In this document: one piece after another, positions 50,290 to 63,653 of the stretch | Position numbering within the stretch: position 1 is the stretch's first letter | Layout of the letters: each line of letters begins with the position of its first letter | From: Selaginella moellendorffii | Taxonomy: Eukaryota; Plantae; Lycopodiophyta | Direction: 5' to 3' | NCBI RefSeq assembly: GCF_000143415.4 | Contig: NW_003314270.1 | Coordinates: forward strand, 2,411,048-2,475,047 | Length of the DNA: 64,000 nucleotides | Notes under the pieces: model-generated | Databases searched by the model: none | Told to the model about the DNA's origin: nothing | The model's input: the letters and a program-made list of their open reading frames with translations, nothing else | Translations under genes and position numbers: made by a program

Positions 50290-51181
50290 AATGTATATAG
50301 GGGTTGTAATATTGTACAGTCAATAACCTATCACCTACAAGAAATGTCTTCCATAGCATTCTAGGTTGGCAAAAATAAATGCCTCATGGTTTTTCTTGGT
50401 GAAGACTTTAAAACAAACTTGCTTAATGACTTATGCATATTCTAGACTCCTTAGTTGATCCCACCAGCCTCCAATGGGATCAACTCTTGGAGCTTTACTA
50501 CAATTTGTTGTGAACATAAACCCTATGCCAACAAAATTAGTGCAGTGTTTAGAAGTACTATTGGGGTGCCTAATGCATGGCCTATTTACTTTAAATTGAA
50601 ATCATAAAGAAGATATTGTCAAACAACCTTCACTATCATATTTCTTTTATGATTCTAATCCATTTCAAATTGCAAATGAAGAAATATCTATCTTGTCCTC
50701 ATTGTTGATCTCTACACCTATTGCTATCTACTATCATTAGTGATTCTCACTATTAGTCATAATCTACAATTACTAGAATTGATGGACACTATCTTTCATA
50801 CAACATAACAATAAAAGTGATCCTTATTAGTTACCCCAGCAATCTATAGGCACTAAGTAGAACCTTAATGGAGCCTTAGCAACTCTCAATGATTGCCATG
50901 GTGCCAACACTCTGAAGCCCTAATTTGTAAAGAATTAAATTAACTTAGTAGCACATATGGAAAAGGTACATTATAGGAACTAGCTTATTTATAAGGTGAA
51001 ACCTTGAGCCACTTTAGGAGGAAGCTTGATTTTCAAGGTTGATTTTCAAGATTGAAATAATTTTTATCAAGTATTTTTAAGATGAATGGATGGAAAAATT
51101 TGGTAAGTAAATTGTTATTTTAATTTTTATAAATTTTTTTATTTGAAAAATGAATCTGATAATGTGTTCCATGCCAATATA
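50290..51181. repeat. Second copy of the AT-rich repeat at 1-965, interrupted by element D2
   Basis: Direct alignment ending at GTTCCATGCCAATATA|TGTCGC. Confidence 0.8.
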
Positions 51182-52645
51182 TGTCGCGAATGTGACTTCG
51201 GGTATCGAAAGTTACTTGTCGGCCAGTCCTTATGGACACTCTTTCCTTACTGCCACGATGGCAGGAGGTCGGTATTGTTGGACCTATTATCAGTTCCCAC
51301 TTGAGCTAGTTGAAAAATTGTCAATGAACATGCACTTAGATTGAATAAACATAAGGTAGGAACCCTATGTGTTTCTTGCTGAGCATACTTGGCTTGGTTT
51401 AATAAACTTGTGTCATTGGCTTGCACTTGCTAATATCAAGAACCCCTGTGATATTGAGATTGGTCCCTTGATATTCACTAAATGATAGCTTACCATGTCT
51501 GCTAAACACCCTCGCTATCATATTTTTTGTGTTAGTCTCATTTCGGTCCTAAATACTATTTATGGGAAGTGTCTAGATTTGCTCATTTGGAATATCTATG
51601 GAATGTAGAGATTGTTTTGAACACAATGGTGTTCGTCCCATGTCCAAATTTGCAATTTAGCACCATTGCATATTTAATAAGTTTTGAGCTTGTCCTAGAG
51701 ACTAACTCCTGATATTAAGGGAAGCTTGGGGTGAAAGCCCAAAGCGTGTGTTCCTCAAGGGGAGGGGGGGGGGGGGGGGGGTATGGAGGGTTCCAAATGT
51801 ATAGTAGGTATAGTGGGTAGGTCGGGCATGGCTAACCAACTAGAGGCATAGTCTAGCTTCTGCTTGTGTGCCTGTCTTTGTTTTGCGTCCGGCTTGGGTC
51901 TAAGCCCAAGCTCCACACCATGTTAGCTAGTAGAGTACCCATGTCCTCATGCTAGACCACCAGTATGCTGAAATAGCACCAGACTCTGTTTGGCTCCATC
52001 CTAGCATTGGGATGTTGGATACTCTAAGACTGTTCCAAGTCACTCTATGCTCCTGTCCCTTCATTCCTTAGGCTGTATGCTCGGGAGTTGCTTTGTGGTT
52101 TTGTTTTGTCACTCCCTGGCTCCATGCTTGGGAGTTTGGCACCGTTCCTTTGTTCAGTGGCCCAAGGCCCTAAAACTTAGGTTCTACACCACTATCCTTT
52201 GGACACATGGCATGTGATACATGGCATTTGTCATGTGGCACAAAGAGGGTTTAAGTTTCTCTTTGTGGTTATCCTATGGTAAATCACCATAGGATAAAGG
52301 GTCAAAACCATGTGTGCTACATTTGGTATCAAAGAATGAGTCTCAACAAGTACTATCCAATGAGATTGGGCAACTAGTCTTGTTGCATACACAGAGATGA
52401 AAACGATGATCCAAGTGGGTTCACGTTTGGGTGCTAAAACTTCGCATTGGTACCTTGAGTATGGATTTAGTTACCTTTTTGTACCGTAATAATGTGAGCT
52501 TGCTCTTGGGCTCATAAGAGGGATTAAGTTGTTCCGTTTAGCACGAGTTTGTGCTTGGGCTTGTGAGTGAGGCACATTAGCAACTCAAGGTTACATTTTG
52601 AGTTGGTAGGATTAATGTTAGCCTATCGGTGGTTCTATGAGTTAT
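51182..52645 (+). mobile_element. Family D element D2: 5' LTR (51182-52321), Met PBS, start of interior; rest displaced by nested A3
   Basis: LTR matches 42408-43545; 52322-52645 matches about 37454-37765. Confidence 0.9.
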
Positions 52646-54601
52646 TGTAAGCGATTAAATTTTCCATTATACTTTAGTCACTTAACCACACCTCTGACCA
52701 CTTGGAGGAGTCTCATTCACAACCTCCATAAGTCCAATTCAAGACTTGGGACTTGCTAGCCCCAAGAGTGGCATCCATGCCACTCCACCCGAGTTGGCCA
52801 AACTGGCTCCACTGTAGTCCTCCCCCTTCCTATACTTTTGGAGCTCACCAAACCCCCCAGGGTCTGGGAGACGAACGCTTTGGGCTTTCACCCTCTCAGA
52901 CTCGAACTCAGACTCGGACTCGGACTCGGACTCGGACTCGGACTCGGACTCGGACTCGGACTCGGGCTCGGACTCGGGCTCGGGCTCGGACTCGGACTCG
53001 GCCTTGGCCTTGGTCTCGGTCTCGGTCTCGGTCCCGGTCTCAGTCTCAATCTCGGTCTTGGTCTCAGTCTCGATCTCGGTCCCGGTCCCGGTCTCGGTCT
53101 CGGTCCCGGTCTCAAACTCCATCTCGGGTCCTTCTCGGACTCCATCTCGGACTCCGTCTCGGTCCATCTCGGACTCCATCTTGGGCCCATCTCGGACTCT
53201 GTCTCGGTTCATCTCGAACTCCATCTCGGGTCCATCTCGGACTCCGTCTCGGTCCATCTCGGACTCCATCTTGGGTCCATCTCGGACTCCGTCTCGGTCC
53301 ATCTCGGACTCCATCTCGGGTCCATCTCGGACTCCGTCTCGAACTCCATCTCGGACTCCATCTCAGGTCCATCTCAGACTCCGTCTTGGTCCATCTCGGA
53401 CTCCATCTTGGGTCCATCTCGGACTCCATCTTGAACTCCATCTTGGGTCCATCTTGGACTCCGTCCTTGTCCATCTCGGATTCCATCTCAGGTCCATCTT
53501 GGACTCCGTCTTGGACTCCATCTCGGGTCCTTCTCAGACACTTCCACGTGTCATGTGTTGGTCCTTTTTGGGTCCCTTTTCGGAGCCTTGCTTATTGGTT
53601 GCCTCGTGCTCGCTCCTCGATCACTTTGTTGGGTGTTCCACTCCCGCTCTCGACCTTTCAAGTCGGAGCTTTTAGTCCAAACGTGTTACGCTCGTTTGGC
53701 TTTTGCTTAGGCCACTACCACGTGGCACCCTTTCCGACTCCACTTTGGAGCCTAGGGATTTTGTGTCTCACAACTCCACCACCCATAGACGAAGTTCGAT
53801 GTCCTCATCGAACAGTAAACCCTTTTATAAAGTAACTCTTGCAGGTATTACCATTTCCATCCTTGGCACCTAGCCAATATTTGTTTATGGTTTAACCCCG
53901 AAGGCTCACCATGCTTTGTCCATCCTCTAAGGAGCATAATCTCTCCAATCTAGAGACTCACTCGACCACCTGAGGTGGTTTGCTCCCTTTTATTTGTTCA
54001 GTTCTTGCTAAACCCATTAAAGACACCCTCTCTAACTCAATTCCACTACTCATTCTCGAGTAGTCTTAGATTCCATTGACCTAACCTTTGCACCTTGGAA
54101 CTTTTAATTTTGAGTTCTCAGAGTCAATTTCCTAGGTGTCTCCAACACCTTACGTTGCACATGGTGCAACTCCACTTCCCTATCTTAGGAAGTTTTTTAC
54201 TTGAGGGTACCATCATCCTCTCTTTGATATTGTGCCACATTTGGCACTAAGTTCCAGTTATCATAATTGGTGCTAGGGCTGCCCACAGCCCTATTATTTG
54301 GCTACCTTACCGCTCCCCCCTTTGGAGCATCCACTTTTGCCAAATCAGAGCGGTTGGGAATCCATCCTTGGGGAAACATTGCCTTTCCCACGATCTGTTA
54401 GCACTCAATACGTTAGTGTTCTCGGCCTAACTTTGCCACTTGGATCCTTTCCCATGATTCCCATGGCTCTTTTTTTAGCCACTAGTCTTTTGAAACTATC
54501 CTTGATTGTTGCACCCAGCAACATAGGATCGCTACTTTCATTTTTGAGGTTTCCTTTTGATTCCATGGCAAACACTTTGCTTTGCCAAGTCCAGAGGGTG
54601 T
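52646..54601 (-). mobile_element. Family A element A3: internally deleted 3' LTR (52646-53772), PPT and partial interior; interrupted by A4
   Basis: TGTAAGCGA...TCTCACA followed by ACTCCACCACCCA. About 750 bp of the LTR is missing near 52790. Confidence 0.88.
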
Positions 54602-55366
54602 TGTAAGCGACTAATTTTTCCATTCTACTTTAGTCACTTAACCACACCTCCGACCACTTGGAGGAGTCTCATTCACAACCTCCATAAGCCCAACTTAGGA
54701 CTTGGGGCTTGCTAGCCCCGAGAATGGCATCCATGCCACTCAACCTTAGCACTTGGTCCAAGTGCTCCACGTGTCCGATCCCATGATCGACACCCCAAGG
54801 TACCACCGACATATCGGCCCGTTACGCTAAGGCCATGCCCATTTACCTCGGTCACACTGGTGGTCCAACACCACCTACATTCCAATCCTGTCTCTCAAAG
54901 ACTGGGTCATCCATCCATGAGTGATCATCCCAGATCCACTCCTTAACATCCTTAGGATGCCTACAGACATGGGGAATAGCCTTCCCCAATATCTCTGTTC
55001 CGGTCCCCGCCATGTCCCTTTCTGTCCTTGGCTATATTCGCCAACACTGCCACTGGATCGAGGCCCACCGGCCCGACCACTAAGTCCCACTATCCTCTAG
55101 GACTTCCTCACTGTGTGACTGTGTCCTTGGTCACTTCCCCAGAGGACTGCTCCTCTTCCTTTCCACAGTCTGGGCCTTTGGGACAACATTTCCCAAGTGG
55201 CTCGCATAAGGCCACGGTGTTCCGGGAGATGAACGCTTTGGGCTTTCACCCTCTCAAGCTCCGGACTCGAACTCGGACTCAGACTTGGACTCGGACTCGG
55301 ATTCGGACTCAGACTCGGGCTCGGGCTCGGTCTCGGCCTCGGCCTCGGTCTCGGTCTCGGTCCCGA

Positions 55367-55398
<32 letters not shown>

Positions 55399-58300
55399 CC
55401 GGTCTCGGTCTCGACTTCGGACTCCATCTCGGACTCCATCTCGGACTCCATCTCGGGTCCATCTCGGGTCCATCTCGGACTCCATCTTGGACTCCATCTC
55501 GGGTCCATTTCGGGTCTATCTCGGGTCCACCTCGGACTCCATCTCGGACTCCATCTCAGACTCCATCTTGGGTCCATCTCGGACTCCACTTCAGACTCCA
55601 ACTCGGGTCCATCTCAGGTCCACCTCGGACTCCACTTCGGACTCCATCTCGGACTCCATCTCGGGTCCATCTCGGACTCCACTTCGGACTCCAACTCGGG
55701 TCCATCTCGGACTCCACTTCGGACTCCAACTCGGGTCCATCTCGGACACTCCCACGTGTCATGTGTTGGTCCTTTTGGGTCCCTTTTTGGAGCCTCGCCT
55801 TTTGCTCGCTTCGTGCTCGTTCTTCGAGCACTTCGTTGGGAGTTCCACTCCCGCTCTTGACTTTTCAAGTCGGAGCTTTTGGTCCAAACGTGTTATGCTC
55901 GTTGGCTCTCGCTTCGGCCACTACCATGTGGCGCCCTTCCGGCTCCACTTTGGGGCCTAGGGATTTTGTGTCTCACAACTCCACCACCCATAGACGAAGT
56001 TCGATGTCCTCATCGAACGGTAAACCCTTTCATAAAGTAACACCCACACGTGTTACCATTTCCATCCTTGGCACCTAGCCAATCTTTGTCTATGGTTTGA
56101 CACCAAAGGCTCACCATGCCTTGTCCATCCTTTAAGGAGTGTAGTCTCTCCAACTTAGAGACTGATTGGACCACATGTAATGGTTCTCTCCTTTTATTGG
56201 TTTAGTTCTCGCTAAACCTCTTAGAGACCCTTCTCTAAGTCAATCCCACTACTCCTTCTCGAGTAGTCTCAATTTCCATCGATATAACCTTTGCACTTTG
56301 GAACTTTGAATTTTGACTTCTTGGAGTCAATTTCCTAGGTGTCTCCGACACCTTGCCTTGCACCTTTTGTGCAACTCCACTTCCCATCCTAGGAAGTTCT
56401 CTACTCGAGGGCACCATCATCCTCTCTTCTATTTCGTGCTAAAGTTCCAGTTATCATACTTTGTGCTAGGGCTGTTCATGGCCCTATCATTTGGCTACCT
56501 TACTGCTCCCTCCCTTGGAGCTTCCACTTTCGCCAAATCGGAGCATTTCGGAATCCCTCCTTGGAAACACACTTCCTTTCCCTCAACTTGTTAGCGTCCA
56601 ACACATTAGTGTTCCTCGCCTAACTTTGTCACTTGGATTCCTTCCAAGGGATTCCACAGCCCTATCTTGGCCACTCATCTTTTGCTCCTATCTGTTGATT
56701 GTTGCACTAAGCAACATCGAATCTCTACCTCCCTCCTTGAGGTATTGTTTCGGTTTCATAGCAAAGACTCTTCTTTGCCAAGTCCGGAGGATGTTCACCC
56801 CTAGTACGTCTCTTTAGCATCTTCTGCTATGGGCTCTATCCACGGCCCAACTTCGTGACCCTCCCATGGGTCTTTTATAGAGACTACTTTCCTCGAACTC
56901 ACAATGCCATCGCACGGACATAGTTTATTTCCCTTAGGTGCTCTTCCCACTTGGTCATCTCGACCAAGCCACACCACCTTAAACAGTTCAATTTCAACAT
57001 TTTGAACCAGGAACTTCATTCCTTAGCCAACCAAGGACCTTGTCCTTATCTGGCCATAAGATCACCTAGTGATCTCACCTTGGCACCTTAACAAAGCTGC
57101 CAAGAGATACTTGGTTTTCTAGACCTCCAAGTTGTTGACTATAACCCCGGGGGCATCCCCCACACTTGGCGGTGCACCCAAGCTAGCCCTTACGGCCAAG
57201 GGTTCATAGCAACTGAGATTAGGTGTCCCCATCTCACTCGCCACGACCTTGGCGCCACTTGCACCAAAGTGTTCAAGTTAGATATGCTGAGCTTTCACAC
57301 TAAGCAATCTAACCGTGCATCACGACTCCGAGGCATCCCTCGCTTGGCGGTGTGCCCAAACCAGTCTCCCCACTGAGAGTCCATGACCACCGAAATATGA
57401 GTGTCCTCATATTCCAAACCATCACCACGCCCTAGTGATTTGGGACTCGAACCCAAGCACTAGAGGGTCGGGACTCGAACCCAACCTCCGTATATGCATC
57501 TACGGATGGCATCACACAAGATGCCTGGCGTGACTCCCCACGCCGGTGCACCAACTTATTTTTAAAGCGCGCTACAGATCATAGCTTAGGAACCTAGTTC
57601 CTCCACACTGCCAAGTCCTCTCACTTGACATGTCTGTGATCATGCATGGACTCCTCCATGCTCGGCCCCATGGCCCACCTTTTTTTAAGTTATCACCTTC
57701 AACTAGGGTATTTGTTCCCCCGACGTGCCAATCTCGCTTGGCAAGTCCTCCGACCACTGTAACATGGTTCCTGCATAAGCGTGAAAGCCCTTGACTATCG
57801 ACTTTCGTTCAAAGCCCTCTCTTTGAACACTCGGGAACTACTTCCCTAACCTTGATAGCCTTGCCTCATGGCAAGCTTCAAGACCACGCTTCTGCTGCGC
57901 CACTCTGATTTCGGGCGTTTCATGAACCATTTACACTTGGCCTTTCTAGGTACTAAGCTACCTAGAATCGTCTTTGGGAACCTTGAAGGAACTCTGTCCC
58001 TCAGCTTGCTAAGGCCTCCTTTTTTGCAAGCCTTCCAAATGCCACATAGTCTAACATGGATAATTCCATATTTTAGACTCTCCATGGCATCACAGTTGCT
58101 AGCGGCAACACCCTCGAGCCCCCACTTGATTCTCCACTCCCAGCTGGCATAACCAACCTTGGTTATGCCCTTTGATTCCTACGGTTCGGTTCTATCCCCT
58201 TACTTCTTGCTTTTTGGCTTCACACCTTTCCTTTGGTCATTCTCCTTCAGACCAGGAGGATAGCTTTGCACTTTCTATCATGCTTTAGCAAGTATTCTTA

Positions 58301-60983
58301 GGGATGAACCTACCCAATAGTCTAGGGAATGGTTCCTCAATCCGGGTATGCTCACCTTATAATCCCACACACTGGGATTACATTGTTGCTTATGGGCCTT
58401 TACATGCCCATCACTAGCCTTGCCAAAATTCCATTTTTGGCTTTGTCCAACTCGGGTAGACAGTCCTCTCCTGTCTCCGCAACCTTGGACATTTGGATAG
58501 CACCTTCTATCCATCATTCGCTAGGGACTTAGTCCTTTGGGCTTTATCCATTGCCCTCGCGACATCAAACACCACCTTCTGGTGTTCTAGAGTGTTCGGG
58601 TGTCCCAATGATGGCTTTCTTGACAATGAGTATTTCCTTTTATGACATTGACTTACTATATCGCAACACAAACAATTTATCCCCCGTAAGGGTATATCCA
58701 ACTTCCCTATGCTATTAAGAAGTCTTGGGTAGCTACCTTCTACCCGTTTAACCAGTTATTTTGCACCTCTTGCTTAGTTGCCTCATAGTTGTCAAGTCCT
58801 ACAACTCATTGCTTGGTTCTTTCACACCTCCATCATTATCTGGGTCACCACACTCCAACTGCATGCTCTACAGCTTAGGCTATGCTATTCCCATTTCCAT
58901 TGGGATTCCTTTGGCAAAGGGTTCTCATGAACCCACCAACATAGCCTCAAGGTATCACACCTTGGCACATTTGGTGTCTCCACACCATCGGCTCCACGAG
59001 CCTACCTCTATGACATTTCCCCTTCGTGTCTAAGTCTTTGCCAAGACCAACACCGCTCTTTCTCATGCCAACCATCCGTTAGCACTGCACCATAGAGGTC
59101 ACACACAACTTTATGTCAAAGTTGTTTTCTTCTGAGAACACCTTTCCCATAACTTTAGTATGGCACATTTTGCCATCGATGAGATACCCTCTGTTCTCAT
59201 CCTTGGATCCTATGATCCCCCCCCATCCTTTGTGGGGTACAACACACCTCAGTCCAAATGCTTCCATCAGTCCTTTTAGGACCATCCGTTGACTCTACTT
59301 GAGTCATCCAGCAGTTTTGGACTTGGTTAATCCACAGACCCATAAGGTCCTACTTGTGAGGCACTAGCTTACTGGAATACACTTTTTGCATTCCTGTCCT
59401 ACTCAAAAGGACTATTTTCACAAGTGTTACTCCGACACTTGATTTTGTTCTCTGGGGGCAACCTTTGCCCCTTAGGACTACTTGTCCATGTGATGAGAAC
59501 ACCAACTCATCCACTTAATACACCCCCAACTCCTTGGGTTGTTCCAGCATTTATTAGAGGTAGCCCCGGCTACCTTTTCAAGGACTTGAGTCCTCTTCCG
59601 TATTTGACCTCCCATGGTCATTACTTCTGGTCTCACATTCATGAGCACCAAACTCAACTATATGAGGAAAATCTTGTGACTCCTTTATTGCTTTGGAGTC
59701 TTTATCTTTCCCGTGATCCCAACTGTAGTTGTTTACCACAACTACATTAGCCAGTTTGCTAAGTCAAACGCTTATCTGGATCACATCCTCAACTCTTTGA
59801 GGAAAACCATATACTGTTCCCAAGATCCCAAAGTCGTTCCATTATTGGCCCTTTTCTATCCACCACCTCGTCTACAAGTTCACACATGAACTGTAATGGA
59901 GAGCCATGTCTTCCCGACTTGCTACTCCTCAAGGATAGGCCCACTCCTCGGACCTTCCGATGCCAACACTAGTGGTGATATACTTGAGCACCAATAAAAG
60001 TCAGACTAAGGAACAGCTCCGATACCAAGTTGTAAGCGACTAATTTTTCCATTCTACTTTAGTCACTTAACCACACCTCCAACCACTTGGAAGAGTCTCA
60101 TTCACAACCTCCATAAGCCCAACTCAGGACTTGAGGCTTGCTAGCTCCGAGAATGGCATCCATGCCACTCAACCTTAGCACTTGGTCCAAGTGCTCCACG
60201 TGTCCGATCCCATGATCGACACCCCAAGGTACCACCGACATATCGGCCCGTTACGCTAAGGCCATGCCCATTTACCTCGGTCACACTGGTGGTCCAACAC
60301 CACCTACATTCCAATCCCGTCTCTCAAAGACTGGGTCATCCATCCATGAGTGATCATCCCAGATCCACTCCTTAACATCCTTAGGATGCCTACAGACATG
60401 GGGAATAGCCTTCCCCAATATCTCTGTTCCGGTCCCCGCCATGTCCCTTTCTGTCCTTGGTTGTGTTCACCAACACTGCCACTGGATCGAGGCCCACCGG
60501 CCCGACCACTAAGTCCCACTATCCTCTAGGACTTCCTCACTGTGTGACTGTGTCCTTGGTCACTGCCCCAGAGGACTGCTCCTCTTCTTTTCCACAGTCT
60601 GGGCCTTTGGGACAACATTTCGGAACACCATGGCCTTACGCGAGCCACCTGGGTACTCTCCTCGCCTTCTGCCCTTGGGTGCTCTAGCCATGGGCTTAGA
60701 GCGGGTTCCGTTGAGCCACACCAGGTATCCAAGTAGGTAGTGCCACCCACACTTGGACTGGGAGCATCGGCCAGTCGATCTCCCGGGGGAACCAGAGCTG
60801 GCTCTTGAACACTTCACCAAGCTACCCCGCTTGTCGGTCCGTGTTCACTCTAGTCTTGGACTTCCCAGTGGGCAGCTCATCACCCAACACTGGGTCCGGC
60901 CTTCCTGGGCCAAACTAGCCTTTCTTGGCCAAACTGGCTCCACTGCAGTCCTCCCCCTACTATACTTTTGGAGCTCACCAAAC

Positions 60984-63653
60984 AAGCTCTATTTCGTTAA
61001 AGTGGGATTTATTCAGTAAAATGGGACTAGGTACAAATTTTCAAATATTTGAAAATGACGTGAAATTATATGTTTTTTGTCCAGGGGCTAGACATATCTG
61101 GGGCATGGTGACTAGCGCGGTGACTTTGTGTCCAGACTGAGTCCATCTGGTTGTATAATAAATCTCATTGTCAAGGTGAACAAGCCGAATCTGAAGCTAA
61201 AGAAGAGCGATGGCATGCGCGCACACACTATTTGTTTGTTCATTGAGCATGTGGTGAGCTTTCCAAGATGAACGTCATTCCTATTAGCCAGACATATAAC
61301 TTAATGGTGAGAACATTTAGATATTATTCAATGTTATCTTTTTCTAACGAATCTAATTGTGAAGGTGTAGCAAGAGGCATTGCTAGTCTGGAGAAGTCAT
61401 TTAACTCATTTGACCCTTAGTGTATTTTCATGAAACTAAATAACATTCATATTATTAAGGAATTTCTCTAGTACCTTTTTTTTACGACATAGAGGCTTGC
61501 ATTTCTTTCAAAGGTGATTTAGTAAAAGGCCTGAGGGCACATGCCATTCTATTTCTCAGACCAGTATTAAGATATACTAGTGCAAAGGGCCACATGCCAT
61601 CACGCCTCCTCTGATTCAGATTCGGATTGTTCACCTTGAAATAAAATACATTAGAAACTTAGTAAAGGAATATTAAATCTCACCTTGAACCCGGGTTATG
61701 AATGCTCTTGCTGCATCTCTTGCATGGTCTGGCAAGGTGATGGTGGCACTCTGCTTCCGCATCTAACCATGCACAACATTATCCACCGATATGCTCATGC
61801 TGGGATCCCTTGGATTCAGCACCCATCTCTTTTCTAGGCAATCCTTCGTATATCCGGAACTTGGCTTGAACCACTCCACAGTTACATTGAAGGAGTTAGT
61901 TTCCGCGTCCTCCTCTGCATCAGTGATGCAGCGCCCCACCCATATCATTTGCTTTTTATTACTGGGTCTGACAAGCACGACCATTCCTTTGCAGACTTGT
62001 ACTGGATTGAATGTTGAATCCGGCTTCTTGTTCCTCGGCCCACAATAGTGATCCTCAACATCGTTATCTGTCACTGCATTTCCAGAGGACATTGTTCCGC
62101 TACTATCTGGTGCTCTGGGTTCTGGCCAAAAGGACTCTTCCAATTCTTCATATACAACCGGCCCATTTTGGATAGCAGATATAATCTTCTCCCAGTATTC
62201 GAGCAAAGGCTTGCACCTCTTAAAATAGGATTCTCCACCAAACACCAACCCCCTCTTCCAGAAGGCAATATGTTGTCTAATCCCGGCCACTATACTTTCC
62301 TGGACTTTGAGTCCATCCGGGTGCATCGGTCGTGGGGAACCCTGAGGAATCATAGGTTCCCCAGTTATGGGATCTCTCTTGAAGAGTTCAATGCCGTCCA
62401 CTGGCAGCCACACTGTGTCCCATTCTCTCATCTTGTACCTCATCACTGGAGCACCGTCACGCATGCTGAAATGAAACTGAAGAGGCTTGGAGTGGCCAAT
62501 CAGCGTTTCGGATCCGTCCCTGATGTAGCCTCTTACAAACCCCTTAAAGTCTGGAACCTCTGTCACAAGTGCAGCTTCAACAGTGCCTTTGATGCAATTT
62601 TGGAATTCATCGTAGAGTTGTGGGAGGGTGAGGACATTGGATCGCCGGAGGGACTCTGCCAGGTGACTGAACATGGCATCGACGTCTTCATGAGTGTGCC
62701 CAACCATGAGAAAGCCAAGTGTAACCGTTTCAAATATGCCTTTGGCAACAAGCATCGCCAAGTACGCGAAGACGTACATGTTTTTGTTCTCACTGCCAGC
62801 ATTGTCTGTTTGGAGCAGAAGATGGGGTGGAAGGCCACATCGGCCGCAAGAACTTCCTTGAGATTCTGCTTCGTTTGGATGAGGCTGTGCATTCACCGGG
62901 CGACCAGCCTCGTCGGAATGGCATGAGGCCTCACGTGATAACCCTACAATCTGACGGCCAACATATTCACTGGGATGGCATGGGGCCCCACGCGATACTG
63001 CAAGCCTTTGCTCCTCCTCCAGCTGAACCCTGTATGGGGTTCGATCGACAAGGGCCTTATGCAAGGGTTGGCCGTTCAGCTCAGTCTGCGCACTTTGCAG
63101 AGACCTTAAGTGTTTTGCTAGGGACGCAATCATCATGTTTGCACCCCCGCCACCCCATAGAGGTACAAAGAAGTTCCCATAGTTCTGGGCACCATGCCCA
63201 TGAGCGATTATGCCAAACAGAGACACAGGCAGCTGCATGGATGAAGAGATTGCCTTGGGGGCAGGATTGAGTCGAGGTAAGCACGTCTTTTTTTGGTCCA
63301 TTTTGTCGTGGATGATGCAGAGGTAAGAGTCAGGTCTCTCCATGGAGAGAATCCTGTTATGATAATATGCAGTCCTGCAGCTTCTCTGCTTGATGTTGTG
63401 GTCGAGCCGCCTTCTAACCAACATCTCTCGCTCTGAGCGCTGCAAGAATTCTTCGACAAAGCCATTTTGATAGCAGTGCACTCGTCACACTTTAAAAAGC
63501 TGGAGTACTTTCCTATACTCACATCCCTGAACCTGTTGCTCCACAATCTACTAAATCTAGATTGGCTCAGCTTCCTGTAGCCATTACTCTGGAGTTCCCG
63601 ATTCACATCTTCCAATATGGCCCCCTTGGTATACATGGAAGGGAGAACTCGTT
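60984..63653 (-). mobile_element. 5'-truncated DNA-transposon fragment inserted in the A4 5' LTR
   Basis: The LTR sequence GAGCTCACCAAAC|ccccca|GGGTCTGGGAG is interrupted. No TSD and no paired TIRs seen. Contains a transposase reading frame. Confidence 0.8.
61600..63636 (-). pseudogene. Sola1-like (DUF7869-type) DDD/E transposase, recently disabled
   Basis: 572-aa ORF with 'IIHDKMDQKKT.LPR', 'LLLQTDNAGSENKN', 'FLMVGHTHEDVDAMFS'. The N-terminal 'FSRLW..F..V.I.K.S.F.KCDEC' is in an adjacent frame (frameshift near 63435). TAG at 61763-61765 is likely a premature stop. A putative ~49-nt intron at about 61635-61683 precedes a final exon GEQSESESEEA*. Superfamily assigned from motif memory. Confidence 0.7.

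Noticed and set aside
62048-62926. 292-aa plus-strand ORF
   Set aside because: Antisense shadow of the transposase frame
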